DNA from: the human T2T-CHM13v2.0 reference genome, Homo sapiens
DNA length: 64,000 nt
Direction: 5' to 3' (one strand)
NCBI RefSeq assembly: GCF_009914755.1
Contig: NC_060927.1
Every line of letters starts with the position of its first letter. The first letter of the stretch is position 1. Under the pieces are notes generated by a model. It saw nothing but the letters and a program-made list of their open reading frames with translations. It searched no databases and was not told where the DNA came from. Position numbers and translations under genes: made by a program. Of the stretch, positions 39,577 to 52,604 are shown in pieces.

Positions 39577-41856
39577 TGTATTAGTCTATTTTCACACTGC
39601 TGATAAAGACATACCCAAGACTGGACAATTTACAAAAGAAAAAGGCTTAATGGACTTATAGTTCCACATGGCTGGGGAGGCCTCACAATCATGGCTGAAG
39701 ACAAGGAGGAGCAAGTCACGTCTTTCATGGATGGCAGCAGGCAAAGAGAGCTTGTGCGGGGAAACTCCTCTTATAATACCGTGAGATCTCATGAGACTTA
39801 TTCACTATCAAAAGAACAGCATGAGAAAGACCTGCCCCCATGATTCTATTACCTCCCACCAGGTCCCTCCCACAACACATGGGAATTCAAGATGAGATTT
39901 GGGTGGGGACAAAGAGCCAAACCATATCATTCCACCCCTGGCTCCTCTCAAATCTCATGTCTTTATATTTCAAAACCAATCATCACTTCTGAACAGTCCC
40001 CCAAAGTCTTAACCCATTTCAGCATTAACTCAAAAGTCCACAGTCCAAAATCTCATCTGAGACAAGGCAAGTCCCTTCTACCTATGAGCCTGTAAAATCA
40101 AAAGCAAGTTAGTTACTTCCTAGATACAGTGGGAGTATAGGCATTGGGTACATACAGCTGTCCCAAATGGGAGAAATTGGCCAAAACAAAGGGGCTGCAG
40201 GCCCCATGCAAGTCCGAAATCTAGCAGAGCGGTAAAATCTTAAAGTTCTAAAATGATCTCCTTTGACTCCATGTCTCACATCTGGGTCACGCTGATGCAA
40301 GAGGTGGGATCCCATGGTCTTGAACAGCTCCACCCCAGTGGCTTTGCAGGGTATAGCCTCCTTCCTGGCTGCTTTCACAGGCTGGCGTTGAGTATCTGCA
40401 GCTTTTCCAGGTGCACAGTGCAAGCTGTTGGTGGATCCACTATTCTGGGGTTTGGAAGATGGTGGTCTTCTTCTTACAGCTCCACTAGGCAGTGCTGCAT
40501 TAGGGACTCTGTGTGGGGGCTCCTACCCCACACTTCCCTTCTGCACTGCCCTAGCACAGGTACTCCATGAGGGCCCTGCCCCTGCAGCAAACTTCTTCCT
40601 GGACATCTAGGTGTTTCCACACATCCTCTGAAATCTAGGCAGAGGTTCCCAAACTCCCAATTCTTGACTTCTGTGCACTCGCAGGCTCAACACCTTGTGG
40701 AAACTGCCAAGGCTTGGGGCTTGCACCCTCTGAAGCCACAGCCCAAGCTCTACATTGGCCCCTTTCAGCCACAGCTGGAGTGGCTGGGACACGGGGCGCC
40801 AAGTCCCTAGGCTGCACACAGCACAGGGACCCTGGGCCCAGCCCATGAAACTACTTTTTCCTCCTAGGCCTCCAGACCTGTGATGGGAGGGCTGCCATGA
40901 AGACCTCTGACATGCCCTGGAGACATTTTCCCCATTGTCTTGCAGATTAACATTTGGCTCTTCATTATGTAAATTTCTGAAGCGGGCTTCAACTTCTCCT
41001 CAGAAAATGGGATTTTCTTTTCTAACGCATTGTCAGGCTGCAAATTTTCCAAACTTTTGTGCACTGCTTCCCTTATAAAATTGAATGACTTTAACAATGC
41101 CCAAGTCACCTCTTGAATGCTTTGCTGCTTAGAAATTTCTTCCACCAGACACTCTAAATCATCTCTCTCCATTTCAGAGTTCCACAAATCTCTAGGACAG
41201 GGGCAAAATGCTGCCAGTCTCTTTGCTAAAACATAAGAGTCACCTTTGCTCCAGTTCCCAACAAGTTCCTCATCTCCATCTGAGACCACCTCAGCCTGGA
41301 TTTCATTGTCCATATCATTATCAGCATTTTGGTCAAAGCCATTCAACAAGTCTCTAGGAGGTTCCAAACTTTCCCACATTTTCCTATCTTCTTCCAAGCC
41401 CTCCAAACTGTTCCAATCTCTGTATGTTACCCAGTTCCAAAGTCACTTCCACATTTTCAGGTATCTTTTCAGCAATGCCCCCACTCTACTGGTACCAATT
41501 TAATGTATTAGTTCATTTTCACACTGCTGATAAAGACATAGCTGAGACTGGGCAATTTACAAAAGAAAGAGGTTTAGTGGACTTACAGTCCCACATGGCT
41601 GGGGAGGCCTCACAATCATGGCTAAAGGCAAGGAGGAACAAGTCACATCTTACATGAATGGCAGCAGGCAAAGAGAGAGCTTGTGCAGGGAAACTCCCCT
41701 TATAATATCATCAGATCTCATGAGACTTTTTTCACTATCATGAGAACAGCATGGAAAGACCTGCCCCCATAATTCTATTACCTCCCACCAGGTCTTTTCC
41801 ACAGCACATGGGAATTCAAGATGAGATTTGGGTAAGGACACAGCCAAACCATATCA
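39577..41856 (-). mobile_element. Complete THE1 (THE1B-like) MaLR provirus: LTR 39577-39929, internal 39930-41503, LTR 41504-41856
   Basis: Two 353-bp similar LTRs (minus strand TGATATGGTTTGG...AATACA) and a 1.57 kb internal region with the THE1-int ORF remnant (40864-41406). 5-bp TSD caggc / caggt. Inserted in an old L1M fragment. Confidence 0.93.
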
Positions 41857-42956
41857 CAGGTAATTACATAGTCAGAAACACAATTGGACAACCAACATAT
41901 GACAGCATTTTCAACATTACTAGTATTCAAAAAAATACTAAATAAAGTAGCAGTAAGATGTTTATTTTCACAAAGCATATTATCAGATAGTTAAAGAGTA
42001 ATAGGGTTATTGAAGGTATTTCTGAGATCAAGTCTTTTTGTTGAGTTTAATGTTGATGTGCATGTAAATTGGTACAGCATTTGTGGTAGGCAATTTGGCT
42101 CCCTTATCAACATTAAAATGCTTGTGATCACTTTGAGGTAGTAGGGAGCTGGGGAAGAGTGGGAGGGGCTAGGGGAGTGGACACAATGGGAGGTACTAAA
42201 GGACTGGAATGTAAAGGGGGGGATGTGTGGGGCCAGGAGGGATTTGGAAGAACCAGGATTGATTGGAGGAGGGGGAGAGGAGATAAAAGGCACTTAGAGG
42301 GACTGGTGGAAAAAAAACAAGAGAGATTGGAAACAACTGAAGAAACTTAGAGGGACAGGAAGAGAAGGGGTGGGACTGGCAGGGACTACACATGTAAAAT
42401 GGAAACAACTGGCATTCAGCAAATTGACCTACAGCCACTGGCAAATGGGACCTGTTCACATTGACCAGGGTCCTTCAGGAGAATGAGATTTGTTAGCAAA
42501 CAGGAAACAGTGATTTTCAGAGTGGTACTAACTGTGCTTTGCAGAGTTCTTTTACTTCCTGTTATCTTGACTCTATTATTACCTTGTATTTTGCTTCTAC
42601 AAAGCAGCCTGAGCTCTTTGAAGACTCCTTAGTCTAAAGCCTCTGATGGCCAATGGTCTGCATCTTTCCCATGTGCTCCTGAGGTACAAAATGGACATTT
42701 CAGCTGCTTTTAATAGAAACTCACTGTGTCACTCATAAAACTCAGGAAGCTGTCCCAAATCCTGGGAGGACATGAAAAGAGGCTCACTCTGTAGTCAAGC
42801 ACAGGTATGCCTAAGGTGTGCAGGTCCCAAGACTCTCCCACTTCTCTCTTAGTTTGGAGTGGGCATTCTTTTAAGAAGTGGAGGACCCTGTGGTCACTGG
42901 CTTCCTTAGTGGTGAATCATAGGGCAATCAGAGAGCAGGAATCTGCAAAGGGGCGC

Positions 42957-43352
42957 TGTCATGTGCTGAATTGTATCTCCTCAACATTTATAGATTGAAG
43001 CCCTAGCCTCCAGTATCTCAGGATGTGACAGTATTTGGAGGTGGGGCTTTTAAAAAGGTGGTTAAGTTAAAATGAAGCCATTAGAGTGGTCCTTAATCCA
43101 ATATGACTGGTCTCCTTATAAGAAGAAACTTGTACACAGAAGAGATACACAAGGGACATGGAGGCACAGAGAAAAGCCCATGTGAAGAGGCAGCAAAAGA
43201 GTGGCCATGTGCAATCCAAGAAGAGAGGCCTCAGAGGAAGCCAGCCCTGCCAACACTTTGATCTTGAACTTTCGGGTTCCAGACTGTGAGAAAATAAATT
43301 TTTATTGTTTAAGCCACCCAGTCTATGGTGTTTTGTTATGACAGCCCTACCA
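42957..43352 (+). mobile_element. MaLR solo LTR (MLT1B/C-like)
   Basis: tgtcatgtgctgaattgt...ccttaatccaatatgactgg...aaaataaattttt...gttatgacagcccta. Confidence 0.8.
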
Positions 43353-44111
43353 GAGGCTTGAAAGCCTAAAGGCTTAGGGTCCTGGGAAAATAAAAGTTAA
43401 TTCAAGTCCTCCAGTTAACTGTTATTAGGAACTATTTGAAAATACCTTCTTTAAGTATAGAAGAGGCCCCTGCTACACTCCCATACACATTTTTACTTAT
43501 TGTTTAGGAAGTGTGGAGCTTGCTGTTACACTGCCCTAAAAGTTCCTGGGTTGAGCCGGTTGCCAATAGTAAGTTGGTAAAGAAAAATAGGGATGTCTGG
43601 CCAATTAGGCTGGGTCTTTCAGTTATCATAGCTTCTACCCCTGCTGAAGGATTAGTCTTGGGCTTTGTAGATTCAAAAAAAATTTCAGTTCAGGCCTAAG
43701 TAAGTAATTTACATACTAGTTCTAAGTAATTAATTGGAACTCACTGGTTAACAATGAGAACCATATTTTTCAAGAATACTGAACTATTCATGGTAGACTA
43801 GTCCTAAAAAATCTTTCCCATTAGGAAGAGCTAAGTGAAGACAAAAAAAAAAAATTTACCTTGGAAGGATCCTTGTGACCCTTGTCCCACTGAAAGATCA
43901 CTTCCTCAGGAATGCTTTCTCTCAGCTTCCTGGGGAGCATTAGATTGCCTCTGCTCTGAGATCCCAAGGAACCTTCTGTCAGAAACCTCAACCCAGTTTT
44001 TTAATTAGTTGAGTATAAGCCTGCATTTCCCATTAGACTGTGAGCTCCAAGAGGAAAGGGATTGTGTCTTACCTATCAAGTTATATTAATAGTATCTAGA
44101 TTTTAAAAGGA

Positions 44112-44420
44112 GGCTGAGAACAGTGGCCCACACCTGTAATCCCACCACTTTGGGAGGCCGAGATGGGCAGATCACTTGAGGTCAGGAGTTCAAGACCAGC
44201 CTGACCAACATGGTGAAACCCCATCACTGCTAAAATATAAAAATTAGCTAGGCATGGTGGTGTGTGCCTGTAGTCCCAGCTACTTGAGAGCCTGAGGCAG
44301 GAGAATCACTTAAACCTGGGAGGCGAGGTTACAGTGAGCCAACATGGCACCACTGCACTCCAGCCTGGGCAGCAGAGTGAGACTCCATCTCAAAAAAATA
44401 ACATAATAAAATAAAATAAA
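44112..44420 (+). mobile_element. Alu (AluS)
   Basis: Full dimer with A-rich tail; TSD-like aaaaggag / acaggag. Confidence 0.92.
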
Positions 44421-47400
44421 CAGGAGAATGAATGAATGAATGAAATTATGATAGTCCATGTCTATAGGACATGGCTTCCAAATGGACAGAAGATCAGTCA
44501 ATCATCCATCCATCCATCCCGCCAGTGCTGATGACACGCTGATAAATCCTTATTCCCTAGCTTTTCCAGACTCTTCAAGGATAATCACTCTTCTACAGAT
44601 AGTTATTTGTCCTGTACCCTTCTGTTTTGTCTGAATTAACAAATAGTCTTTTCCCTGATTGTATTCACAAAGAGGCCCCTTACTCTCACCACAAAACTAT
44701 CTTCAAATCGCAACACAGCATGAAAAATTTCTGGGAGAGCCTTCTAGAAGAAACGTGTTCTCCATAAACTATGATGCCTGTGATCTATAGTCCCTGATCT
44801 GGCCTCCAGGTGTTTAACCCATCTCAGTTTTGGGTTTGCTCACCTCTGTCCACTGACTGTGCTTCCTACACATTCTGAATGGGCTATTACACCCCCAACT
44901 CCAATTCTTCAGGTTAGAGATTTGAGTGTGGTCATGAAGATTGATGGATATCAGTTAAGCAAAGGACATTGTGTAAATATTGAGCCTGGGAAAGCCAGGG
45001 ACTTGAGCTCAATTTTTAGAGGTCAAAAATCATAAAGAAATCTGAAATTCAAGAAGCTGATTCCTAGGCAAGTGCAGACATCCAAGGGTTTCATGTTTCC
45101 TGTTAGGGCAGGACTGGAGGCCTCAGTATAGATGAGCCTGAGCCTAAAGATGTGGATGCTTATATGGTCTTGCTGAGCTAAGAGAAAGATAAAAAAGGGA
45201 CACAACCTCAGACTAGTTAAAAGTTGAAGGGGTAGGTTCTTTGGGCTCTGGTATTCCAAAGAAACTAGCCAAACTTGGCAGATTCAAGTTTAAACATTGT
45301 CTTTTTCTTTGTATAATCCCTATCTACATTCCAGTTGATTTTTCAACATGCCCCCTGCATGTTGCTGAATTTTAAGCTTCATGAGGGCATGTTCACTGCT
45401 GTGTCCCCAGCACCATCACCTAGAACAGTGGTAATCAACAAGCATTTGCTGAATCGATCATCAACAGATGTATATATGGGTAGATGGATGTATGAACAAA
45501 TCTGTTTCCAATCCATTGTACAGTGCATACTCCTGGTCCCCATGATGATTTGTGATTCTCTCTGTGATAGGTCCCTTTGTCCAGCCATCTGCCTCTTGGT
45601 AGCTCTGAAGGCCCTTAGTCATTTGGCTCAAAATCCCTAGCTTTGGAGACTAGCTTCTTATTAACTAAGCCATTGCACCACTTGTTCTTGTAGCCTTAAA
45701 TTAATTTGAGTTAATTCTTAACTGTTTCCCTTCTGTACGTGTGTCATTTAATGGTTTTCCTTTATCTGATTTTCCCCAATTCTTCCTGTGCATTTGTGGT
45801 TGTCCACAGAAGCCCTCTAGCCAAGGCCTCGGGCAGCCCTACCAAATGAATATGGGCACTTGAGTTTTCTAGGAGGGCTTTCCTGCTGCCCTGGGTCTCA
45901 TCCAACTGGTATCCATCTAAACATTCCCACCCAGGGTTATTCATGCTAGAGGAAGAAGAATGCCCTTTCCAGAGCCAGTTCTTGGGGAAAAGAGGAACTG
46001 TTGATATAGCCAGAGCCCGAAAAGAAGATTACTCTGCAACAGCTAAAGGTTGGTGACATACTTTTTCTCCAACTTAGTGAAAGCTCTCTATGTTTGCTTT
46101 CCTTCTCATGAATTCCATTAGTGTATTTTCTCTAAATGACCCTTGGAACAGATAGGAAAGATTTTAAATCAATAGAATAAGCTTCATGGAGACCAAGAGT
46201 TTATCTATTATTGATTCCCCAGCATCTAGCGTAGTGCCTAACATGTTGATGCTCAATAAATCATTGATGAAGAAAGAAAAGAAAGACAGGTGGAAAGGAG
46301 GGCAGAAGAGAAAGAAAAAGGGTTTGGAGAATAGGTATGAATGTAAAAAGTGTTAATGTATTATTCAGAAATCATGTGACGATAACAGTCTTGTTTTCAA
46401 AGTAATTGGGTATATTATCCCTGCTATCTGGAGTCAATAAAGCAATTGAAGTTACTTTGTAAAATGAAGAGTGTATTTATAAAGATAAAATAATAGCAGA
46501 CAAGCAGAATAACAACAAAAAAGGTATTCTTTGAAACTTAGGTTTAAACAGTAGTGATCATATATTAAGATAAATTCAAAACTCTGTAACATTAACAGCC
46601 GTTTGTTCTGTGTCTATGCCAGTTTTCAAAAGCAAACTAAAACAGTGAAGAACTTTATTTTGGTGTACAAACAGATGTCTTATGGATAAATGCAAGCTGA
46701 TCATGGTGGTGATAGAATTGACTGCAACTGGTCCATTTGATATTTAGAAAAGGTCAACTAATCAGGAATGATACACTGAGGAAATTTACAAATATCTAAC
46801 CTTCCTGCCATTTAGTAAAATTAACCACACAGTAATTTAGCAAAGGCTCAAAAATATTTAATTGTGTGTCAAGGAAAAACATTTCAGTGCAGGGGGAATA
46901 AATTAAGAAAATTAGCATTTTTTTAGTATCAGTCTTTCATTTATTTGAGATCATACATTGACACACTTCAGGTCCAGCAAGCCAACTTTAAATGACATAC
47001 ACTGTTCATTGCAAAAGAACCCACCTAAAGTGGAGATAGAAGGGGAGTAATTAAACATAGTTTGTACAGAGTCAGGCTGTTAAGACTAAGGGATTCTTTC
47101 TTCAGCAACCCGGGTAGCAACACATATTAAAGTTCTCAAGGTTAGGAAAAGTCACTATATTTGTATACTTCCTTAATTTGGGGAAAATAAAATGTAACCT
47201 AGGAGAAAATATAAAAACATCTCCAAGGCAAATTCAGAAAAATCTTCCTTTTAACACCAGCTTTGCAAAGATTGCATTAGTGAAGCATAGAGTTTGGTGA
47301 GTTGAAGTGTTTGCTAGACTAATTGAGACTACCATGATTAACACAACTGTAAAAAAGACAAACCAACAAACAAACACTCTTGATAATTTAAGCAGACGAT

Positions 47401-48789
47401 GGCTGGTGACTAGCAAAACAAATAAATATACATCTTAGCTGCTGTGGGTTGTTCCTAAAGTTATAATAAGATGATTAAGGTTTTACCTGTGCGATCAATT
47501 TTACTTGTGAAACTGACTAATGAAAGTGTTCAGAGTCCCACACTTCAGCCAGTATAATTTTTGCCCCATCTTTTAACCACTTGTGCTGCCATTTAACATG
47601 TTTTTTCTTTAATTAAAAAAAAAGTAACAACATTTTTTAAACTTAGTGGATATTGCTATCTAAAATCATCTCGAAGAGGCATTCTTTGGAAAACATGTCA
47701 ATACCAAAGTAATAACAATAATAATGATAAGTTAAGACTATTTCAAAGTAATTCTATGAGATAGAGACATACTGGTAGAGAAGAAATCAGAATCCTTAGA
47801 GCTCATGGGAAAATGTTGAGGTAAATCATATGCTCAGATTACAGTTTGCTCTTTGCAGCTTTATTTAAGAAGCAAGTTAATGTTTACATGACATTGAATT
47901 TCAAAGTCCAGGCAATAAGGAGGAAAAGAGAATGAGAGAAAAACAGTTAATGTGCTTTGCCTCCTTGCTCCTCCCAACCCATGGAGAGGCATGGGGGTTG
48001 CAGGGGAGCAGGGTGGGGGACAGGAAATGGCCACTGGAGGGAACAAAAGCAGGGGGGTTAAGGTTTTATCTTATCAGAGTGCAATAATGTTTTATTAAAT
48101 TGTAAAAATTTATTGTGCTAAGATACAAGTACTATGTTTCCTAACTCACATGACAGTTATTCTTGTTAGAGTTTCAGTATCTTTAAATAATAATCCTCTT
48201 TTCTACAGTCTTGGTGTGAAACTCTGTGCCTTAATTCTCTTTGAAGTGATCCAATCTCTGATCATGTTGTGTTTTTTTACAATGATACTCTTGGTTTACA
48301 GGAACAAAGTGTTGTTTTTGGAACAAAGTAGGACTTTATTTATCTATAATACAATGAAAAGATCCTCTGCATCATTATTCTTTTCAAGTACTTCCTTTCC
48401 AATTCCTCCCTCTTGAGGGGGGTGGTGTCATTATTCCTGACTTTGCAGTTAGGCCAGGCTCGTTTGTGGCACCAGTAGAACAAAGGGTGAGGCTTTGCCA
48501 GATGGACCCCTGGACAAGGAGGCATCCTTCTAGGCCTGCTTCGAAGGGGACCTCCATGCCCGAAGGGAAGTCATTTTACCTGCATTTTAAAATCTTGTGA
48601 TGTAGTTTTTTTGAGGTGTTTGTATTTAGATACATTTAGAAATATTAAGTCCCATAAAAGGTCCCTATAAAGTCAGGCTCTATAGTTGACAGGCCTGTGT
48701 GTTCTTAAAAGGGTGTCTGAAAGAAAGGAAAAGAAGCTGAAGAGATGTTCTCTTCAAATGAAAAGGCAGGGTGAGATTTAAAAAGCTGA

Positions 48790-49450
48790 CTGCCTCTTTC
48801 CTCAAGAAGGTGGGGCATAACTCCATACTCCTTAAGTGTGGGCCACACATAGACTTCCTTCCAAAGAGTACAGCATGGAAAGGGGGAAAAAGAGAAATCT
48901 GACAAACACTATCTTAGCCAGGCGATCAAGGTCAATATCAACAGTGATGATGTTGATGGTCTGTACCTTGATATGATGTGACAGGAACAGCACCTTACCT
49001 CTGCGGTCTTCCTCCCCCAAACCCATGACCCCAGTCCAACCGTGAGAAAAATGTCAGACTAAAATTGAAGAAAATTCTATAAATACTTGACCAGCACTTC
49101 TCAAAACTGTCTGGGTCATCAAGAAAACAAGGAAAATGTGAGAAACTGTCAAAGCCCAGAGGAGCCTAAGGAGACGTGACAACCAGATGGAATGTGGTCA
49201 CCTGGATGCTTCCTTAGAACAGAAAAAGGACACTAGTTAAAAACTAAGGAAACTGATTAAAGCTTGGACTTTAGTTAATGATACTATATCTGTATTGGCC
49301 TGTTAGTTGTAAGAAATGCACCACACTAATGTAATACATGAATAATGGAGGAAACTGGGTAATGGGTATATGGGAATTCTTTGTACTATCTTGTCAACTT
49401 TTCTCAAAATCTAAAAACTACTGTAAAATAGAAAGTTTATTTTAAAAATA
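48790..49450 (+). mobile_element. Old L1M (MC/MD-like) 3' end
   Basis: gacttccttccaaagagtacag...gaacagaaaaagga...gggtatatgggaattctttgtactatc...aaagtttattttaaaa. Confidence 0.7.
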
Positions 49451-49779
49451 TATAAAGCTAATTGCCAGGGAAACGACTGGTTGGAAAGCTACTGAGACTC
49501 TGTGTCTTCCAATCTTTCCTGAAAACCCTTGAGAAATTTTATAACCACATGCAGAACTAGGTCATGCCTCTGGTGGCTGCTGCACCAAGATTAATGGGGA
49601 AAGATTCTAGTTGTATAGTCTAATGCTTGAAGTTCAAGATGGGAAAGCCAGGAGAAAAGGTAAGGTAATTCATCATTTTACATAATATATTCATCATTCA
49701 TTCGTTCGCACGCCGCTGCACAGAAACAGTGACACCCTCTCTTCCAGTTCACCTTCTCCCAGTCTCCTTCATGGACTTC

Positions 49780-50460
49780 TCTGTCTATCCATGCTTAAAG
49801 GTGGTGTTTTTCATACAATTTAATGTGCATAATACCCTACATTTTTCTGTCCTCAGCCTCATCTACCACTTATTTGCCAATGACTCTCAGATCTAGAGAT
49901 AGATCCACTTGTCTACAGCCATCCCCATTTGAATATCCCACATGCACAGCACATCTGCAATGGCACTTAGCACCTCCTCAAAACTTGTTGAAGCCACTAC
50001 TCTTTTCTTAATCTCTCTTTCTGTGAATGATGTCACCACCCCCTCATTTACTCAAATCAGAAACTCAACCTGAACTTCTTGTCCATCCCAGAAATCCCCT
50101 CAGCTACCAAACTGTGCACACTCTACCTCCTAAATGTTTCCTGGGTCTAGGCCCTTCCCTCCAACCTCAGCACCTTAGCCAGCTTCTTATCATGTCTCAT
50201 CACAGAGCCCCTACCTGGACTCCTCCAGCCCCTGGGTAACCCCCACACTCCCCACACAGAGCGTCTCTAAAACACAGCCCAACCACACCACTCCTGTGCT
50301 GACAACCCTCCAAGGCGCTCTGTCACCCCTGGAATGCAGCCAGGCTTCTCTGCCTGGCACACAAGGCCCTTCTTTCCCCTCTTGTCATTCCCTCCTCATC
50401 TCCTTTCATGTTCCCAAGCGCACCTTCTGCTCCCACCAAACTACTGGGGATTCCCTTTCC
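49780..50460. mobile_element. L2 LINE fragment
   Basis: Degenerate C/T-rich L2-like text (gccaatgactctcagatct..., ctctacctcctaaat...). Confidence 0.5.
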
Positions 50461-51404
50461 CAATTTTTCCCATGTCCTACTCCTACTTGGTCTTCAAAAT
50501 TCAACCCAAGCTCTCTTTGGGAGCATTCCCTGAGCCCTCCAGGCCTCCTCCTGAGTGCTCCCATAGGTGCTCCTCCCCTACCTGTCTCCCCGTCCCCCAG
50601 TCGTGCATAGCTCTGCCATTGCTCTCATTCTTTCATCCAATAATTGGCTAGTCTGAATACTACAAATACAACAGCGAACAAGCCACAAAAGAAAAAAACC
50701 CCGCCTCCTTGGAGCTTTTACTCTCTGCACACTAGTTTTCCTGTCTTTTCCCCTTGAAGGTGAGAACCATCCTTTATATGCTTCTTAAGCACTTAGCATA
50801 GTGCCCAGCACATGGCCAGTGCTCAAAAATATAGATGAGTATGTGAAGGAAGGTCCCTGACTGTGTTCCTCCCATCCTTCATGCCATTCAACGAAAGGAA
50901 TTAGAGAAATGCCTTCAACATGCTCAGGAAAAATAACTTCGATACATCACTCCATCCCTTCCCACATCCTTCTCCCAGCTTAATTTTATTTCCCTCGGAG
51001 CGGCACACGTTTAATGACTCGTGACTGTACATCCTTCTTTGAGGGTCTCCACTTGCCTCTGGAAAGAATAATACTGCCACAAGCAGAGTATTATACATGC
51101 TACTTGTTTGTTTTTAATTTTAACAATCAACGTATATAAGCACAAAGAATTATATTTCTAGGGCAAGACATACAAGTTATAAAACGTGGTGCCATGTAGC
51201 AGTGATATTAAGGGACCCAGAGGTTAGGGACAGGGGAGGAGAGCAGAAATGGAAGGTTAATTTTCTCATCTTGTAAAATGGAAGTTTCCAGATACTGCAT
51301 TACATTTATGTGTCAATAACTAGAATCCTATATTTCAACCTCTATTGCTTTTCATTGTACAGCTTTTGGTACTGTTTGGATTTTTTTTTAATTAGAAAAT
51401 TTTA

Positions 51405-51620
<216 letters not shown>

Positions 51621-52219
51621 TTATGTATGCATGTATTTTATATATATAAAATAATGAAGGAGAGATGACATATTTATTGTGGAAGAAAGGTGGCACAGTC
51701 ACCAGGAGGTTCTTTGAAGAGTTCCTTCCTCTGGAGTCATGATGGGCACTGGGAGGTGTACGTGTCCAGTGTTGACTATAGCCAGTGGCCTCAGGGAGTG
51801 TGTCTGGTCCAGCTTTCAGCTGACAGCTTTCTCATCAGTGCTGGGTCACTGGCTGCAGCTGCAATTAATGCGCTCTCCTGACTAAGGGTACCATGGAACG
51901 TCCTCTGCCTTTGCCCCCCAGAGCCTTGGGAACAGATTCCTGGAAATTCTGAGCAAGGTGCTAGCAAGTCCATTGCAACCCACTCACCAGAAAGCCTTCC
52001 TCCACTGATGGGGGATGTACGGTGGCTGTCTTTGTCCCTCTGTGTCCCTTTTCTGATGATGTCATTCTCATCCACCCTGTGGAGTTGTTGGAAAGAACAC
52101 AGCCTCTGAAACCAGAGGACCAGGATGAGAGGGTGTTCAGGCCCTCCCTTGTTCAGGGACCTTGTGTCAGACACTCAGACTCTTTATGCTTCTGTTCTTG
52201 CCACCCTGCCCAAATGCAC

Positions 52220-52604
52220 TGCTGTGGTTTGAATGCTCCCCTCAAAATTCACGTGGAAACTTAATCCCCAATGGGGCAGTATTGAGAGGTGAGGCCTTTA
52301 AGAGTTGATTGAATCATGAGGGCTCTGCCCTCAAAAGTGGATTAATCCATTCATGGATTAATGGTTAAAGGGTTATCACAGGAGGGGAACTGGTGGTTTT
52401 ACAAGAAGAGGAAGAGAACCTCGCCATGCGATGCCTTGTGCTACCCCAGGACTCTGCAGAGAGTCCCCACCAGCAAGAAGGCTCTCACCAGATGTGACCC
52501 CTCAACCTGGAACTTCCTGGCCTCCATAACTAAAGGAAATACATTTCTTTCCTTATAAAATACCCAGTTTTAAGTATTCTGTTATAAGCAACAGAAAACA
52601 GACA
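52220..52604 (+). mobile_element. MaLR solo LTR (MSTB/MSTD-like)
   Basis: tgctgtggtttgaatgctcccctcaaaattcacgtggaaacttaatcccc...tattctgttataagcaacagaaaacagaca. Confidence 0.8.
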
